Below are positions 60,001 to 64,000 of a stretch of DNA of 64,000 nt, piece by piece; position 1 is the stretch's first letter, and every line of letters begins with the position of its first letter. The DNA is from Fistulifera solaris (taxonomy: Eukaryota). The notes under the pieces are model-generated. The model was not told the origin of the DNA. It was given only the letters and a program-made list of their open reading frames with translations, and ran no database searches. The stretch covers positions 2,170,001 to 2,234,000 of the forward strand of contig AP026162.1 in NCBI GenBank assembly GCA_030295235.1. Direction: 5' to 3'. The position numbers and the translations under genes were made by a program.

Positions 60001-61957
60001 GGTGCCTTCTCTAACGTTGAGCTAAGTTCAGGTTTCTCTTCTTGTTTGGTTTCCTCCGTAGTGCTGTCAAATAGTGGCTTTGCTATGCTGGCTAAGCCAA
60101 AAGCAGAGCTTGCAGGCTTTTTGAAAGTGTTGAATGGATCGGCGGATTGCGCGAAACCAGCCGGCGAGCTAGCTAAAGCTTCAAAACTGAACGGCTTACT
60201 CGAAAGCACGCTAGAACCAAATACATTTTTCGCGGCGCCTGAACCAAACGACAGACTGGCGGTCCCTGACCCAAAAGTTACTTCCGATCCTGACCCGAAC
60301 GGTGCCGACTGAGGTCCCAAAAGAGATGACGTCTGACCGAATACTGGTTGCGTTGAGGAAGGGGCATTTGCACCGAACGCCGACGCGGTGCCAAACGATA
60401 ACGACGATGTTGGCGCAGTTGTGACGCTGCTTGTCTGACTAGACGTGGATGCGCCAAATACAGACTGCTGTCCTTCTGATGCTTCCAACGATGACTTTGG
60501 AGGAGTCGAAGCAAGGGAGAGACCACCGAATCCAAAGGAAGCCTTCGTTTCCTGGCCAAATAGATTCGACTTGACTTCCGTAACCGGCGGTGATGCGTCT
60601 TCCGTGACTAATTCTGGCGCAGCTTCCGATCGCATGCTTTTGGGGAGAGGTACTGCATGGAGGTGATTGACACCCGACGCTAAAGGAAGCTGGAAAAAGG
60701 ATTCATTGGCCCCATGCACCAACTGGAAGCAAGATAGAGACCCGTCGGTCGAAAGGAGCAGCACCAACGGTAGGCATACCCCTTCTTGTATTATATTTGC
60801 CACGGCCAAGCCGGTAGGATAGGTATATTCGTAATCGTCGTCAGTCGGTGTTAAAGCATTGTCTCCCTCCGGAAGCTCCACTTCCACCCACGACGAGGGG
60901 TCTTCGCCCGCTAAAACGTGTACATCACTTCCCACGTTACTTGCCACCAGCATAATATTGCATTGGGAGTTGTTGGCGACAGTAGTGGTAAAAAAGACGT
61001 GGCGACCATCTTTGGCAGGAGCAAAGAAAGGAACAACATCGCCCATATCCTGCGGCGGTTTCTCGTCTGACGGAAAACTGGATATGTAAAAACAAACGTG
61101 ATGCTGAGCGGCATCCTCTGGATTGTCTTCGTCCTCTCGACATCCTCCTCCGGAGGAAGGACGCGACAGTAACCACAACCCAACGATCTACCATCTGCTA
61201 CCCACTCAATGTGAGTACACGACCACGAAGGACCATCATCTGCTTCACCAGGAAACGGAAGAACGCCCACTGGAGACAAACGGGACGTCGTGATATTGTA
61301 ATTGAAAACGTGGATGCCATTACCGTCGATCGTTCCCACCGCAATCGTGCATTCATCACTGTCACAGGAAGGGGACCAGGCCGCACAGGCCAGATTGAGA
61401 TGAGCGAGCTGTCTTTGTACACTTTCCACCGGTGTACCGCAATCATCCGCGTGATAGATCGTCAGTCCTTGTTGACCGTCGTCTACCAAAGCCAGTGCGT
61501 AGCCGTGAGGACTGAACTGCAACGATCGTGCCGGTCCAGCCGCACCAGCGGCGTTGTCTCTCGATTTCGATACGCTTTGATTCAAATCTGTTTCGGTATG
61601 TGAATGAGCTCCTTCTACTTTCCACCGTAATTGAAATGACACGTGGGTAACATCAAAACAGCACAACGATCCGTCCGCTAAGCAAACCGCCACGAGGCGA
61701 CCATCGGGTGAAGCTGCTACATTGACTGCCGGAATACCCAATGACGTAGAGAAAAGGACACTGGCTCCGGTCTCCGACGACAAAGTCAGTGTCTCGAGAG
61801 TATCGTTACAGACGCGAAAGGCGTACCCTACGCAATTGGCGGGTACGGCGAGGAGTTTGATTCCAGATTTGGTGGGTCGGGAGGATGGCGTAAGCGCGGT
61901 GGCTCCGGGCAGTGGCGATGCCACCTTTGCAAATTTCAGAAAGTCTTTTAGAGACAT
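54099..61957 (-). CDS. Giant FG-repeat nucleoporin-like protein (Nup214/Nup159-like layout) with duplicated EF-hand + RanBP2 zinc-finger modules; intron 55071-55134; ~6 frameshifts
   Basis: Consecutive same-strand ORFs join by 1-nt shifts (~61137, 57690, 57230, 57133, 55800, 55258). WD-like N-terminus, FG/FSFG repeats, WxCxxCxxxNxxxxxxCxxC fingers, coiled coil and C-terminal FG tail. Confidence 0.72.
56680..57925. repeat. Coding higher-order tandem repeat: 14 alternating 87/99-bp units (186-bp dimer)
   Basis: PPM-codon cores at 56695, 56782, 56881, 56968, 57067, 57153, 57251, 57338, 57437, 57524, 57623, 57709, 57811 and 57898. Confidence 0.95.
57985..59931. repeat. Near-identical ~915-bp intragenic duplication (57985-58899 and 59017-59931, offset 1032)
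   Basis: Direct comparison shows only about 4 substitutions, with a ~117-bp unique in-frame spacer. Confidence 0.97.
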
Positions 61958-62378
61958 GTTGCGGAAAATGAATTATAAAGGAGTTCAAATGCAACGACCT
62001 GGATTTAATTATTGCTCTCCCTTCTTTTCTGGCTGCAAATGAATGCGACCACGTAAAAATGCTGCACAAACGGCACGACCGTGCATCCGTGATGATTTCT
62101 AACACGGTACGACGGGATCTATATCTTTTAAGTGTAGTCAGGGATCAAGTCAAACAGTGAAAAAGCATTTCATTGCGACATTGTCACGTTTTCCTATCAT
62201 TCTTTCCGAAACGAATGAAATCATAGTGTAGGCTCTAACGATCAGACTAAGGTACCCGTCGACCTACTAAACTTGTAACTTTATCGAAATAACTGCGAGA
62301 AACAAGTGTTTTCAATCCATCATCATCTCGATGAAGTTGTAGCTTATCAAAGAAACCAATCCGGATCAGCCGATCTTT

Positions 62379-63164
62379 TTACTCGCTCGAGTTCCAACGT
62401 TCATTCATTTGACTTATGTAGTCATCGATATCAAATGTATTCGGATTCTCGTTAAACATTTTGACCGATTGGAAATTCTCATCCACGCGATAGTTATCCA
62501 GGAGGGCCTGCACTACTTTTCTCCCCTCCGTTGTGTCAACCCCTTTGTTTAATATATCACAGCGGACCAGGGAAACATTCTTGCTCGTGGCATAATCATT
62601 GAACACCGAAAATGTGAGCAGCGGAGTAGCCGAGTGAGGATCCATTTTGTAGTCTTCTAGATATGCTAACAGAAAATAGGCAGGAGCCTGGAATTGGGAA
62701 ACCATCATAAAGAAACCATTGTCACGGAAAATAGGTTGCACAAAGAATGGTCTGGTTTGAGCAATCTTGCAAGTTAGTTACACCCACAACGAAGAATGCG
62801 TGTACAACGAAACTCATGCTTACTGTTGATTGGCTCTTGATGTTACGTTTTTCCCATCTTCTCCGGAAAGAACAAGGGCTACTGTATCTTGCTACCATAA
62901 TTAATTGGAGAGTCAGCTTTTTCTAGAAAAAGAGCCCAAGCAATACGCACAAGCCCTCCTACTTACCTTTTCCTCGTGATAGGTTTTCCAAATATTTACT
63001 AACTCTGACTTTGTTTTGTCTTCCACAAGCTCTTTCTTCAAGATTTCGTCCAGAGATCGGGGCCCAGCGAAACTAAAGCTTAGATGGCGCACGGACGACG
63101 ATAAAATTGCCGATTGCTTCCGCAATACCAAAGAGCAGATTCGGTTGGATAGTAGCGCTGTCAT
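62379..63164 (-). CDS. ATP11: Mitochondrial F1-ATPase assembly factor ATP11, introns 62892-62966 and 62752-62823
   Basis: Mitochondrial-type presequence, P.SL.EILK.EL......E...IW..YH, PFFV.P..R..GF...V.Q, LEDYK; both introns keep frame. Confidence 0.9.
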
Positions 63165-63530
63165 TGGTGATCGTAATTGAATAAAAGTTATGATGAATAG
63201 AAAATATAGAGGTCCTATTGCGGATTGCAGCCGAACCCAAACTTGATTTTTGTTGATGTTGTGTCAAGCATGTATGCATGTCAATGACGACGCAAAACAA
63301 GCTATCAATCCAACCGGCACTCGCACTACAACCGTTATCCCTACTGTATCCTGGTGTCCAACAGAAAAGCAACCCCCAGCCATCCAAACAATGAGAAACG
63401 CTAAGGTGTTCTTGTTCATACAACACAGAATTTTTCATGTTTATAGAGTATCCAAGCTTACAGCACTCGACATCCAAACTCCAGCTAAAGTGTCGTTGCT
63501 ACAATATGCTTTGATGTAAGTTAAATACGC

Positions 63531-64000
63531 TTACTTCTCCGAGACCTCCTCAAAGTTTCCTTCAACAAGGTCAGGAACATCATCGTCGTCTTCTTCTTCA
63601 CCTTCCGGGATCGATGCAGCAGCAGATCCTCCAACTTGAGCTGCCATGTTCTGATAAGCAGCGAAGTTGTCCATACCGAGCTGCGACACGATGCTGGGGA
63701 GAAGATCCTGAAGCGGCTTCGTCTCATGCTGACCCGAGATGATGTACGTGTTAGCAGCAATAGCTGCTTGTACTTTTGGGTTCTTGAAATGAATGACCTT
63801 TCCGTCATCCTTGAAGAAGTTCACCTCCTCGATTCCCGGTATGTTGGTGGCACCGAGCTTTTTCAGTGTGGTGCTGAGCTTTGCGTCGGTTTGTGCGTTC
63901 GATGATCGGTTGGTGACCACCTTCTTACGTCGAATACTTCCTTTTCCGCCGGTGGAAGTCGAAGCGCCACCAAATCGCTTGGCGATCATTTTAGCCCGTG
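63531..64000 (-). CDS. BTF3: Nascent polypeptide-associated complex beta subunit (BTF3); 5' end probably beyond window
   Basis: GGKGSIRRKK, IPGIEEVNFFKDDG.VIHF.NPKVQA.IAANT, LLP.I..QLG, DDDVPDLV.NFE. Confidence 0.96.
   Translation of the reverse strand, partial: RAKMIAKRFGGASTSTGGKGSIRRKKVVTNRSSNAQTDAKLSTTLKKLGATNIPGIEEVNFFKDDGKVIHFKNPKVQAAIAANTYIISGQHETKPLQDLLPSIVSQLGMDNFAAYQNMAAQVGGSAAASIPEGEEEDDDDVPDLVEGNFEEVSEK

Noticed and set aside
1..64000. Programmed ribosomal frameshifting or an alternative genetic code as cause of split ORFs
   Set aside because: Shift sites share no slippery/stop motif, fall in varied homopolymers and sometimes compensate each other; standard stops end all genes.

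Overview
Eukaryotic nuclear DNA from a very compact genome: about 31 protein-coding genes in 64 kb, short (64-85 nt) GT-AG introns and bipartite plastid-type presequences. This points to a pennate diatom (Fistulifera-like; inference). Most genes are housekeeping: RAD23, ATG12, a PWI splicing factor, prefoldin 3, RAD9, LENG8/Thp3, SEC62, RluA, RPN1, CIA30, SNM1, MPP10, EngB, NSUN6, SF1, ATP11 and BTF3. There are also three MYND-finger paralogs and two SGNH-fold paralogs. About 30 apparent single-base frameshifts, mostly in homopolymers and including essential genes, look like consensus errors, so many ORF-track fragments were rejoined by hand. The most unusual locus is a ~7.9 kb, ~2,600-aa FG-nucleoporin-like gene. 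It has an N-terminal propeller-like region, a recently duplicated EF-hand + RanBP2-zinc-finger module, 14 alternating AFPPMSSKAPTPF repeats, a coiled coil and a repeated C-terminal helical module. Notable non-coding features are a 34-bp minisatellite family in two divergent promoters, a 3x ~238-bp tandem repeat and a 20-bp perfect palindrome flanked by a 9-bp direct repeat (transposon-footprint-like). No tRNA, rRNA, CRISPR or transposase gene was recognised. All homology calls come from motif recognition, not database searches.
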